57,627 nt of DNA, filler included, from Sphacelaria rigidula (GCA_964200075.2; 8 parts of 8 records of this genome joined end to end with filler, not necessarily neighbours in it), one strand, 5' to 3'; positions 37,988-50,190 are shown, counted from the first letter of the whole stretch. Program-made: numbers and translations. Notes: generated by a model not told the origin, from the letters alone.

Positions 37988-38669
37988 ATATCGATGTTAG
38001 TGTAAGTGCTAAAAATAGTACCTAGCAGAACCTGCTGGAAGGATCTCGGCGGAGAGTCTGGCGGCTGGGGACAACCTGAAGCATCACGGACGCGTGAAGG
38101 GTGTTCAAGCTGATGGTAACTGCAGAAAAGCGGCTGACCTGTGATCGATCCAGACTGGAGCTGAAGCTGCGTGCAGCGAGAGTTCGGAGGCTCCTACGAC
38201 TGTGTGGTGCGGCGACAAAGCAAGGAAAAGTGAACCTCGCGAAGGTCCGCTGGCCTGTGAAAGGTGTGCACGTGGCCGGCTACAGCTATGGCGACCGGTT
38301 CGCATAGTACAACCAGCGTGACGCCCGTGGTAATGCGGGAAAAGTTACCGATCTCCCCACTACGGCTCCACAAGTACCGACGCATGTGCAAAGAGTGTTC
38401 GCGCGTGTTAAACATGAAAAGAGCACAATGATCCCGCCGCAATTGGTTGTTGCCATCAAAAGCATGCTGGACATGCGGCGGGCACTTCCCACTGTTGTGG
38501 CCAGGTCGGCCATTACGCACGCGATTGCCCAACTTCTTCCGGTGGAGAGTCTGGGCAGTCTCATGCCGCGCGCCATCAGCATCGTCAGCGCAGAGGCAAA
38601 GTACGTGGTAATCGGGGTGGTGGCGCCAGCGGATCCTCCGGCAATGTAGAGTTGTAGTAGTCGAGTCCT

Positions 38670-38705
<36 letters not shown>

Positions 38706-41138
38706 GGGCAGCGGCGTCGGCATGGGTCTGGTTCTGGGTTCGGCGTCGCCGTAGTTGCTGCTGCTCCGCAACGCGTGGTGCAGATGGCACTGACTTCTAC
38801 AGTGTCGAACACTGCGTCGGCGCCGATGGTGGCGCCGATGGCGACACCGGCAGCAGCACCAGTCGCGACGCCTGCTGATGCGCTGGTCGGAGGTTCGCCA
38901 AATTCTTGGGCTGCTGGCTGAGGTTTATCCCCGCCGGCGGTGCCGTTTCAACCTGCCGGAGCGTCTTCGCCTGTGCAGCTTACGCACCCGTGGCGTCAAG
39001 TGGGATTCGCGTTGGCGGATAACGTGCCAGTGGAGTTTGCTAACAAATACATTCCTGCGGAGCTGTGAGTCCACATCAACGGGAGCGTGGAGCCATTGGC
39101 TCGCGCTATGGGGGATTCCACTGTACGAAACATGTGAGTCTGTCGGTGCAGATTGTAGAGATGTTGGAGCGCGTTCTCCCGGGTGCACATTCCGTTTTCG
39201 CTCGGGGCGCGGCAGGCCGTCACCGCGTCGGATCAGCATGTGTACATTACAGAGCGTACTGTTCCGCTGCAGCTGACTTTCACGACTTCCTGAGGGTCGA
39301 CGCCGTTGCCTCCGATCTCATTTGCGACAATGCCGGAGTCGAATGGCGTTGTTCTTGTGGGGATGCCGACGCTCCAGAATCTTGGAGTCGATCCGTATGC
39401 GCGGTTGTGGGACTCTATGAAGACGCCAATGTCTCCGTCTGGTCTGCCCTTGGAGACGCCCGCCTTTTTAAGCAGTCGTCGCGTGAGCTTATAGGTGGAT
39501 CTTTTTCAGGAGGCTGGGGAGCAGGTGACCGAGGAGCAGGATGCGGCGGTGGAACGCCTAGTAGAGCGCAGCCCGGAGATGTTTATAGTTCCGGCGGGAG
39601 AGGAGTCCGCTTGGGAGGTTGCGCTGGAAGAGAGCGTGATGGATACTGTGGTGAAAGGCTTCAGCGTCTCAAAAGCGGAGCGCCTGCACGGCATATTGCA
39701 TCGCCGCGTCAACGCGTTTCGTCGTGCGCTGCGGGGTGATCCCCCTGCGCGTTGGAGCCCATGCGTGTTCAGTTATCATATGGGGCATCCGCGGTGAAGA
39801 CGAAGCCGCGGCGGTACGATCCAGTGGAGTCGAGTTGGTTGGCGTCGTGCATGGCGGCTCCTTTGGCGCTCGGGTTGATATTACGGAACTTGCAGGCGGA
39901 GTGGTGCAGTGCGGATATGGCGGTTCCGAAGAAGGCTGCATCGTGGACGGAGGGCAGGCTGCAGGCGTGGGCGGCAGCGAAGGATCTGGTGGCTCATGCC
40001 GTGACGCTGTTCTGTCCTCGTCCTGATTGTCAGGTATTAATGTTTCCGGATGCATCTGAGTGCCATTGGGATAGTTTTGTCATGCAGATGCCTGAATTTG
40101 AAATGCAAAGGTGCTTGTAGGTTGAGGATATGACGAATAAACCACTGGCTTTCCTGAGTGATAATTACAAGGGTTCGCAGTTGCGTTGGACCACAATTTA
40201 CGAGGAAGATTTTGCTATCGTGAGCACTTTTCGCCGTTTCAAACTTTTTTTGTGAGATGACGTGCAAATTTTCATGGATCACCGAAATGTCGTGTATTTT
40301 TCAACCCGGACGCGTGCGTTACGTCTGTGTAGAAGGTACTGGCACAGCGTTTGGAGGATTGGAAAGCTGTTCTCTGCCAATGTCGTTACTCGATTTGCCA
40401 TATTTCGTGGGACCGTAACGCGTGGGGTGACTTGCTTTCGCCTTGGGTGAATCTTGCGGCTTTGTCTATGCCCTCTGTAGCCGTGCATGATCCGTGTGAA
40501 CCTGATAACTCGATGCCGTCCGAATGTGTTTTCCGCCAAGCGTAACAAAAAGACCTTAGGGCCGAAGTCGCGGATGTGCAATCTTTGGAGTCAGACGTTG
40601 GTACTGGTATCTTGGTCAATCAAGGTCTGTTTCGTGTGCATGTTCGTGGCCGTCACGTTTTGTGGATTCCAAGTTCTGACAAGCAGTTGCAGGTACGTCC
40701 GATGATTTGCGCGGGCATGCGCGACGCCGAGCATCGTGGTGTGGCTGCGACCCTCGTGCGCTTGCAAGAGTTTTGTGTCTGGCAGGCGACAGAAACTCAT
40801 GTGCGCGAATTCATCCGCCAGTGTCTCCACTGTGCTCACTCGAGGGCGGACGATGTTGTTACCCGCCCGCTCGGTGAAACGGTCCATGGGACCATGCCGA
40901 GTGAAGTCGTTCATCTTGACTTCTTGTACGTGGGCGAGAGTGGCCCGCTAGCTTCCCAAGGCTTGTCGGAGGATGCTGGGTTTCGATAAATTTTGGTAAT
41001 CATGGATGATTTGAGCAACTTTGTGTCCCTGGAACCAGTAGCAGTGTGTACTGCTGAATCGACTGCTGCATCTTTGCTGAATTGGTGCAAAACTTTGGGG
41101 GTATCGCGTGTGTGGGTGAGTGATACTGCCACGCATTT

Positions 41139-41386
41139 GACACTTTCTACGATAGCCCCCCCCCAAAACCAGCCCAAAATTGTCACGAAAATATTGGCCA
41201 TACAGCGCCTGATGTTTGGGTTCAGGCTGCTTGAAGCACCTCATATTGGCGACATTGGCTGGAAAGAACCCACGCGTGGGAATGCCCAGCTGCTCGTTGT
41301 GCTCGGCTTCTCCCATTTCAATTTACGTGAAGATTTCGCTTCCCAAAAACCATGCACGTTTTGGGGGGGCTATCGTAGAAAGTGTG
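41139..41386 (+). mobile_element. MITE family C inserted in the gypsy integrase (Sola/Chapaev-like, 4-bp TSD)
   Basis: TIR ACACTTTCTACGATAGCCCCCCC(CC)AAAAC and ATTT TSD (41135-41138, 41387-41390). Removing the element and one TSD restores codons T-H-F-K-N. Confidence 0.9.
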
Positions 41387-42358
41387 ATTTCAAGAATGCG
41401 ATCTTGGCCCGATTGCGAGAGGCTTTGCACGTTGATCACCAGGTTGCGGTGGCGTTTTCTCCGTGGTCTCACGGCACGTGCGTACGCATGGTCAAGGAAG
41501 TAGGTCATGCTCTTCGCTCCATTCTTCTCGAGCAGGGTAGAGCGGTTTCCGAGGGCGAAGACGTGTTGCCTGCGGTGCAATGGGTGCTCAATACAGCGTA
41601 TCGTCGTCGTGACGATACACGTCTTTCTCGGTGTTGGCGTCTTCGTTGGCGGGGGAATGGAAATATGGTGTTCTGGCCGATGTCCAAATCAAGCGTGCAT
41701 TGCAAGGAGTCTTGAACTTCCAAGAATATTTCCACGTTCAAGTGCAGGAGCGTGTTGCCGTTGAACGTGCGCGTGGATGCGAGGGGTCCTCGTCAGGACT
41801 GGAACCGCCGCATTTTGAGGTAGGCGATTATGTCGTTTATGCACGCATGCGTCGTCGGGGCTTTACGCCCAAGTTGATGGCGACGTGGACTGGTCCATGG
41901 AGAGTGGTTGGTGCTTACCACCCGCACGTGTTTGATATTCAGAACATTCTTTCGGGTCGTGTTCAGACCGCCCATGTAGCTCGGTTGCGGTTTGATGCAG
42001 ACTCGTAGCTTAATGTTACGGCTAACGTTGAGGACGTGTTCCAGCATGCTCTCAACCAGGAGCAGTTTCAGATGGCTGGTATTGTCCGAGTAACATAAGC
42101 AGACGATCGTTCGTTGATCGTGTTGATTGACTGGGTTGGCTTCGAAGTTCAGGAGCGTACGTGGGAGCCTTTCAAGGATAGTTTTGAGGCCGCTCCGGAG
42201 TTTCTCACGAAGGAGTTGCGTAAATTACGCGTGACTCGTGCTGTTGCTGCTCGCATTAAGAGTTAATTTGGTTTTCAGTTGTGACTTACTCACCGTTTTG
42301 GCGTTTTCCATGTGTCAAGCTTGTTGATTGATTTTCGTTACATGCGCTTTGGGGGTTC

Positions 42359-42577
42359 TGTGACAAAATCACGCCGTTACATGAAGTTGGTAGTGATGAT
42401 CTGAATAATGACCGGGGACACGGGGATGATACCCTGGCGTGTCTGGGAGGCTGTGCCAAAAAGGGCACTCCTGGTAATGAGAATGTTTAAAGGCTGACAA
42501 GTAAAACTGAGGCCATTAAGACTGGGGAGTCCCTCAACAGCAGTGATCCACCGGTTCTTCTTCTGACTGGCGTCACA
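42359..42577 (+). repeat. 3' LTR
   Basis: Direct repeat of 37740-37987, preceded by a short G tract. Confidence 0.88.
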
Positions 42578-42681
42578 GTACACACTGATTACGATACAGT
42601 ATGTGGGACTTAACAGGAGAGGCTGCTCGCAAATAAGTTTTGTTTTGCCCAATTTCAAAATGAATCGGCGGGCAAAATGGA

Positions 42682-42963
42682 GGTGTGTTCACCACTTCGT
42701 TGATGACGAACGTTTTCGCAAATATCATTTTTTAACATAACGCTAACAGTAACCGTAACCCCAACCCAAGGCATACCGAGAGCCCTCGGGCAAGGGGGGT
42801 GTGAAGCGTTCCCTAGGCAAAGTATGGCGTTGGCAGATCTCCAAACGGTGCCGCAGGCGCCGATTCGACGAAAACGCCTTCTGCGCACGCGAGGGGTAGT
42901 TGGAGCTGTCAGCTTCGCTGAAAATCCGGATATCGGTGCTTACATTCAAATCAAGTAACAGCC
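42682..42963 (+). mobile_element. MITE family B copy
   Basis: Colinear with 24380-24647. Confidence 0.7.
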
Positions 42964-43680
42964 GATCCTAATTTTTGGGGTTGAAACAAAATATGAGGTT
43001 GAAGTCCCATTTCTCTATTATTGCAGGGAAGATACAAAAGAGTAACACAGAGCGAAAGTATCTTCCCCCCCAAACTCCGCAGGGAGGCTTAACCGTCAGA
43101 CCGCGAGAGTAGGTCACCTGCTGAATCGGCATCAATATCCACTTGGAAAAAGTAGACGTGGTCCAGATCGACTACCGACACCGCGGTCCAAGGGTTNNNN
43201 NNNNNNNNNNNNNNNNNNNNNNNNNNNNNNNNNNNNNNNNTTAATTAATTAANNNNNNNNNNNNNNNNNNNNNNNNNNNNNNNNNNNNNNNNNNNNAAAC
43301 GTGGGGAAAGCACTGTTTTAGGCTTGAACCTCATCTCAGAGTTAAACCTCAATTCGCACAATTTGTTGTTGGATGTTGACTCGCTCATTTCAAAATTGTT
43401 TCTTCGTGGGTCTTAATTGACGGTTTGGATACAACAGCCGCCGCGCCCCGGTGTGGTGAAAATGGCACAAGCGACAATATTAGGGCGGAAGAAACGCGGG
43501 TTCGAGTCCCCTTAGATGCCCTTGGGTTTCTCTTCGCAGTATCTGATTCGCGTGGTTGAAAGCATTAGGGCCTGAATAGCAAAAATAGTTGTGGTTGAGA
43601 TTGTTTGACGAGAGCCGACGAGAGTGCTGATAGCTAGGCATATCATTATGCCAAAACCCGCAGTTGGTGTGACTTCGCCA

Positions 43681-43816
43681 AGGGTTAGTGTTAGGGTTAT
43701 AGTCAGGGGCGTCGTACCTGCAGTTACTGACCCGATTGGTTTTGAAAAACGTCGATCCTAAGGTGTTTCGAACTACGGCGCGGTGCTTTAGGCACGCGGC
43801 CCTCTCACGCATTACA
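43681..43816 (-). mobile_element. MITE family A, truncated copy
   Basis: Left TIR and body on the minus strand, ending in the CCCTAA array. Confidence 0.8.
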
Positions 43817-44595
43817 GTAGGATGGGTAGGGCGAGAACAACAGTGATCAACAGTTGCCATGCAAATGAAAAGCTGCCTCGCACACAGCGTCATACCACAG
43901 GCGACGTTGACGTTCCTCCTCGTCGTGGCCACGGAGGTGGAGTATGATCTACTTGCTCCATTTGCATGCGTCATGTGAAGTAAACTTTTGGCTTCTCTGA
44001 GGTCCGTTAAGGTTGCTCGGGATCTTAATCGTACAGATTTCTACCATATAACAAGGATCACCCGAACACCTCGAAAGGTAAGTGACCAAAATGTGAATAA
44101 GCATGCCTGCGAGTGGATACACTCTATCTGGTGATAAAAGTCCAGGCGAATGTGTCTCGCCTGTGTTCGTGTTGACCATCGGTGCACGGTGGAGGTAGAA
44201 AGGGTTCCTTGAAATCCAGCAGGCGTTTGCATGGCGGCGATGATCACGCCGTTGCCCTTGTCAGAGTTGACACGCGTATTCGAGGATATCACAACACGAC
44301 ATGGTTTGGTTTACCGTACACAGGAGCGCATCTAGTCAGCATCTTCGTGACCAGTCATTGAAGTCGGTCACCCTTCTGATATCTCGGGTTTGGCTCGGCG
44401 CCATGCTGTCTGATCTGTTTCTTCTTGCGATTTAGGGCGGTCGACTTCGTACAGTACATGTTACAACAATGGACAGATGGCGGCCGTTGGCTTCGTTCAG
44501 TCACGTGTGTGAACACCGCAGCTACACGTGGCAGACAACGTTCACGGCTCTTTGAGGTCTAACCCTGTTTGCTCCGCGTTTCATATGGTACCCAC

Positions 44596-44844
44596 GAGTC
44601 ATGCTACGATAGGGGGGGGGGTGTTCGATCCCACGAAAAAATGGGCTCATAGGTGCGTCAGACGACCCAACACACTCGCGGTGCGCTTGTATTTGGGTAA
44701 AAGCGATGTCAAACAGTATGAATGGGCGTTACAAATCAGAAGCAAGCGCGTTCGAACTACCGTTGCTGCTATCGAAGACGATTGCAAGTGGAATTTCATG
44801 AAAGGAAATGGCCCCAAATACCCCCCCCTATCGTAGCATGACTG
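44596..44844. mobile_element. MITE family D (4-bp TSD)
   Basis: TIR AGTCATGCTACGATAGGGGGGGG / CCCCCCCCTATCGTAGCATGACT, TSD CCAC. Confidence 0.85.
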
Positions 44845-45444
44845 CCACAAGGCGGTCCAAAGCTTTTTTTTAGACCTGGGCATGGTTTGCTTTTGGCACC
44901 TGTGTTGTCGGTATATATTGCGGCGAAGTACGATGGGAAATGTACGTGATTGGGCATTCCAGCGCTGTACTAAGATCATGTGTAGGCAGAGAAATTTGCC
45001 CTACTTCTCGCTTTTGCCAAGAATGGTCCTAATGAGTACGATGGTTGTTCGCGAAACCTCAGAGCGCGAGCGGCCTAACAGGACTTACTTGCAGGAAGCT
45101 GATTGGTCTGTTTTCAGTTTCATACCTTATTAAAAGGTACAACGAAACGAACACAGCTATCCTTGATGGAAGGTTTCACGGATCATCGTATGGGGCTCTA
45201 CTCCAGCGGACTACTAGGGTGGCGTCCACTCACACGTGGTTATTCCGTGCTATCTGCATAAGAGCGGCTAACTCTTCCCCCCGTTCCCTGCTGACGTATT
45301 TACAGGGCATTTGCCCTGATCTCGATTGGGCGCCTTGTTCTGGCTATTAATCGTCGGCAACACTGGACTGAAAAACAGCACGAGGCGGGGGAGCATGTAT
45401 GGCACGAACAATACTATCGTACTTTGACCTTTTGCTCGTGCTGC

Positions 45445-45583
45445 TGTAATACGTGAGAGGACCGCGTGCTTAGAGGACCGCGCCGTAGTCCAAAATACCC
45501 CAGGGTCGACGTTCATCGAAACCAATCGGGTCAGTCCCTGCAGGTACCACGCCCCTGACCCTAACCCCAACACTAACCCCACC
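45445..45583 (+). mobile_element. MITE family A, truncated copy
   Basis: Left TIR and body, ending in the CCCTAA array. Confidence 0.8.
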
Positions 45584-46689
45584 GTGAGTATCTTTCCATG
45601 CGCCGGTTATGTGAAAGTTATTCGAAATCGAACGAATTGTTCGGGTGTGGAGTCATGTCTATTTCTTGCTTCATCTTTTAACGATCTGAAGAACCAGATG
45701 ATGAGTGGAACAGTATCACAATGTTGGCAGTACTGGACTACTAGAAAAGCACCGTGCACCTTAGCATTAGGGAGTCAGCAAATGAGCGACAGTTGTGACT
45801 GATGCCGTGATCACGACGATCGCCCACCTCTTTTTCGAAAACACGCTGCTCAGTGGCACAGCGGCCTATTGAACCCTAGAACACGAGCACAACGTCCGAG
45901 CAGTAGCCGTCTGCCAGAAACAAAATAATGCCACATATATTCGTTTAGGTGTCATTCATCAATAATGCATTTATGAACGTCGTTCCGGGATAAGTATGTA
46001 TCGGTATGTCGACACTCCGATCCACGGGATCCTGAAAATTTTGCTTGCACTAAACCTGGAGTCTGGCATATCAATAAACCAATAAATAATGTTATAATAT
46101 ACGTGCTAGTGGTACAGCCCCAGATACACATTCCTGGTTTTCGAAGTTAGACACTCTATTTCGAGGCTCCCCTTTTCCTTCATTTGCGTCATGGAACCGC
46201 AAACGTGCATCATTGCCGGGTTCGAATTCCGAGCGTTCGAACCGTACCACCGAGGTCGCTATTGTCATTGCGTGCGTCAAAAGAGTACACGTAGCCCTGG
46301 TATTTGATATGATATACCATACCTACCTGTTAGTTCACCCGTGCCTTGGAGATTCCTGTATGTTGCGCACTCTGCGCGGGAAGCTGCCGTAGACCATTAA
46401 AACATAATATTATGTTTCCGTCTCCTACCGTGCCCCGTATGTGTGTACCTTGCTTCCGATGCCGAACTCCATGTACACTCTTCTTCCGCACAACCGTGCA
46501 GCCACCAGGCGCGTGCGACCGCTTGGCCCTCTGTTTCGGGCTCGACAAGAGTTCTGTTGAAGCTAGGCCAAGGAGAGAAAGGCGGACAGAACCTGCGGGC
46601 AGATTCATACGATGAACAACTCAACAAACCATGCCCTACCGTACACGGTAGGTGTTGAACGTTTGGGTCTGGATGTTTTCTACTGAGGG

Positions 46690-46910
46690 TGATGCCGCGA
46701 TAGCCCCCCCCCTCCCCCCCGCCCTCCCCCAACCCAACCCCGAAGTTGTCACGAAGAAAATGGCTATGAAGCGCCTCATGTGGACGACGTTGACGAGAAC
46801 GATCCCAAGCATGGGAGTTCTCAGTCGTTCAGTGGATGTGTTCGACTTAAGCCATTTAAATTAACGTGCAGATTTTGCCTCTTCGGGCCAACTCTAAATT
46901 TGGGAGCCGT
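46690..46910 (+). mobile_element. MITE family C, diverged copy
   Basis: GCGATAGCCCCCCC...GTTGTCACGAAGAAAATGGCTAT, similar to the 41139 copy. Confidence 0.55.
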
Positions 46911-46945
46911 TCAAAACTCCTGTTGAAAACCGCCTTTTGGGGCCT

Positions 46946-47156
46946 TGTAGTGCATGAGAGGACCGCGTGCTTAGAGGACCGCGCCGTAGTTCAAAATACC
47001 TCAGGATCGACGCTTCTCAAAACCAATCGGGCCAGTCCCTGGAGGTACCACGCCCCTGACCATAACCCCAACACTAACCCTAACCCTGACCCTAACCATA
47101 GGGATGTTCAAATGCCAATGCGGTCCTCTAAGCAGGCGGTCCTCTCATGCATTACA
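46946..47156 (+). mobile_element. MITE family A, full copy
   Basis: Both TIRs present, TSD GCCT. Confidence 0.88.
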
Positions 47157-47557
47157 GCCTTCTCTGTCGGTTTACGCCCGAAAAGAGGGCTGGGCGGATT
47201 GTAATGCACGTCTGTGCTTCCCCCCCCTTCCCCCCCCTGCTGCCGTGTTTGCGGCATGCGCTCCCGTTTAAGTTACCTGCGAGATGCTTCTACGGTAGTA
47301 GGGGGTGCACTTTTTTTCCGAACGTTTTCTGGCGCTGCACGCCAAGGCCCGGATGTTTGTCATCGAGAGAGTCTTGAAGTGCAGAGCCCCAGAAAAAATT
47401 GTTTACCCCTACTGTAGAATCACCACTCCTGAGCACACAATTGATACTGTCTGTGAAGCACGCCATTGACCTAAATGTATGCCCGCACGGGCCATAATAA
47501 CTCACAGGTGGTTGTTTTGCTCTCGCCGCAGGGTACACGAAGGTGGCACATGGTAAA

Positions 47558-47700
47558 GGATGTAGAGGGTCGCCACAGGGGGGTTTTATACCTTGTAGAG
47601 GGTCACCGGGGGGTCGTAAGGGGGTTCTTTCCCTTGTAGAGGGTCCCCATAGGGTCGCAAGAGGGTTCTATACAATGTGGAAGGTCGCCACAGGATCTCT
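47558..47700. repeat. Degenerate tandem repeat (TGTAGAGGGTC-anchored, ~33-42-bp spacing, 4 units)
   Basis: Seen directly. Confidence 0.6.
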
Positions 47701-47926
47701 GGCTTCAGAAGGTGTCACGAGGGTGTAGCAAATTGTTCACCTGTGAGTGTTTCAACACACGCAGCGCGCAAAACGCCTTGGCCCACTGATACTGATGTTG
47801 CACCAATACCCACGCTGCATCCAGCGAGACATCCTGAAAGTCTCGGCATCATCAACCATCAGGTGCGGTGTGTCTGGATGCCTATCCTTTCTCAGACACA
47901 TAAATGCAAGCGAATGAAACAAGTGG

Positions 47927-48135
47927 TGTAATGCGTGAGAGGACCGCGTGCTTAGAGGACCGCGCCGTTGTTCAAAATACCTCAGGATCGACGTCTTTCA
48001 AAACCAATCGGGTCAGTCCCTGCAGATACCACGCCTCTGGCACTAACCCCAACTTCCCCTAACCCTAACCCTGACCATAGGGGTGTTCAAATTCCGATGC
48101 GGTCCTCTAAGCACGCGGTCCTCTCACGCATTACA
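47927..48135 (+). mobile_element. MITE family A, full copy
   Basis: Both TIRs present, TSD GTGG. Confidence 0.88.
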
Positions 48136-49145
48136 GTGGGTTCACCCACCGCCTTTTCAGACAATTGTCGGCACAGGTGAACGTGTCCGCGGGAGCTGTC
48201 CGTGCTAGGCCCACATCACTCAAACATCAATTCCGAACCAAAGGTCACACGCCCGCAGCTCACTCAAAGTATGTGGGCCAATTCTCGAACATAGTTTATA
48301 GCGGAAGCTATTTCGCAGGGAGCAGTTCGACGACCAAAAGAGAGAAATAACGGTTCTTGGACCCTAATTCGATTAACAACGCTGTTCTACAGATTGGTTT
48401 GTTCATAATCTATATAGCAATGGGTGTCAGACCATGAGTTCAGCCTGTGTTCTAGGCAGGGTTTCTCATGAGCATTCACAAACGGAGCCCCGAGTTCTTA
48501 CGGGTACTGGTGGGCCTGTTCTGTTTAGTGATTCATGTTTGGAGAGAAACAAATACCACTTTTCAGGTGTCGTCTTGATATCGTAGGAGTTGCCGATGAT
48601 CGTTAATTCTGTTTTGTTTATAATCCGCGGATTATTGGTATCTCGGAGACCCGGTCCGAGATCTGGGAGAGTAATGCTCCGGTGCTTGCCTCTTTGTAGT
48701 ATCGCGCGGCGGGGTTTCGAGCAAGACGTTACTGCTTGATCCTGGAGTAACGTGTAGTTCCCGAGTATGTGGTTGTTTCAGAAAGATCTTGCACGTAGTC
48801 GCCGAGATTTTGTGAAAAACGTAGATCTCGAGAGAACAGCCAAGCTCTGAAAGACTCTAGATCGCATAAACCTGTAGAGATGTTATGCTACAGGTCAACA
48901 CACAACTTGTGTGTTGCCCCACACTAGTTCATTGCCTTCTACACACTATACCATTTATTTACTCTTTTTCGGGGTTTTGATGGGATTTCTACAGCAGACG
49001 GTGAGGAATTGCTGTGCATCTGTACCCTGGGCTCAATAGCAACCAAGACGTCGAGTCACAGTATCTCTTTTATCCTACCGGTCTCTTGTTTCCTCAGATC
49101 GTGACATTTCGAGAGCCGCGTTCTCTCTGTGACAGGTAAGCACTT

Positions 49146-49361
49146 TGTAATGCGAGAGAGGACCGCGTGCTTAGAGGACCGCGTAGTACTTTAGTTCAAA
49201 ACACCTCAGGGTCGACGTTTTTCAAAACCAATCGGGCCAGTCCCTGCACGTACCACGCCCCTGACCATAACCCTAACACTAACCCTGACCCTAACCCTAA
49301 CCATGGGGATGTTCAAATTCCGATACGGTCCTCTAAGAACGCGGTTCTCTCACGCATTACA
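49146..49361 (+). mobile_element. MITE family A, full copy
   Basis: Both TIRs present, TSD ACTT. Confidence 0.88.
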
Positions 49362-49437
49362 ACTTGACTCTGCTTTTGTATGTAGAGCGCTGGCCGCACT
49401 GTTCAGTAGTATAGTACGTCTAACTGACTGACTGACT

Positions 49438-49545
49438 CTTGCTTTATTTATGTGTGCATCCCAAGAACAGTTTCTTGAGACCTCTACACCAAGGTATTTA
49501 TACTGATCTACGATCGTCAGTTCCTTTATCCCCACTTCCACGTGA
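49438..49545 (-). mobile_element. LINE reverse-transcriptase fragment
   Basis: KELTIVDQYKYLGVEVSRNCSWDAHINK matches the non-LTR RT C-terminal YKYLG motif. Confidence 0.7.
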
Positions 49546-49755
49546 TCTCTACCGGATTTTTCTTATCTTCGTTTTTCACGAGTAGCGCATTTTCAACTGG
49601 GCACATGCGCTGATGCAGACGACAAGAGGACACCTTGCGACCGGATTTGCGCTGTGAGTTACGGTTTCATTACAGGAAGCAACGAAATCGTAACAAAATA
49701 ATGCGCTGACTGACTTTGTCATAACGCATGCAAACGCACTTTTTACTTGCAGCAG

Positions 49756-50190
49756 GCGACAGCTAAACACCCCAGAACCTCGGCAACCGACGCCGCAGTC
49801 GCTTGCAGTCGTCTACCGGTCCTCGCGAGATACCGCACAAACGTGGCCCTGTGGATTGGCATCCTCGTTACCATCGGCAATCTCGTCGCACTGATCGGCC
49901 TCACGTACTACTTCAGGAACTCGTGCGACATACAGTACGGCACGGTACCCAACGAAGACGACGCCAAGGACACCCCGCCAGCACTCGCTACCCTGGCCGA
50001 TCAGCCAGGAGTTACCATTAGACGGCGGACACTGGTGTACTTTAAGGACGACGAAAGCTTTCCTCAACTAGGCTCGACTTACTGGCAGCCCGCGGAGTGG
50101 ACGTGCGGTTGTGCGGAGTGCGATCTGGCGAGCTGTGTGGCGACTATTCCCATTAACGTTGAGTACGAGCAGTGTCATCCTTGGTTGGAG
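49756..50190 (+). CDS. Internal exon of an unknown single-pass membrane protein with a Cys-rich segment
   Basis: Acceptor ttttacttgcagcag (NAGNAG) and donor GAG|gtgcgt. 145 open codons with GC-rich third positions. TM segment VALWIGILVTIGNLVALIGLTYYF, followed by CGCAECDLASC. Confidence 0.65.

Larger units (their letters stand above)
37740..42577 (+). mobile_element. Decayed Ty3/gypsy chromovirus-like LTR retrotransposon
   Basis: LTRs 37740-37987 and 42359-42577 with TGTGAC...GTCACA ends. Flanks GCACAC/GTACAC (possible TSD). Remnants of RT N-terminus, RNase H (FPDAS, IFMDHRN), integrase (H..CLHC, HLDFL, SDTATHFKN), WTGPWRV and chromodomain (IDWVGFEVQERTWEP). Many stops. Confidence 0.92.

Noticed and set aside
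48625..48660. LINE APE endonuclease motif (IIGISETR)
   Set aside because: A single short motif with no supporting flanking motifs.
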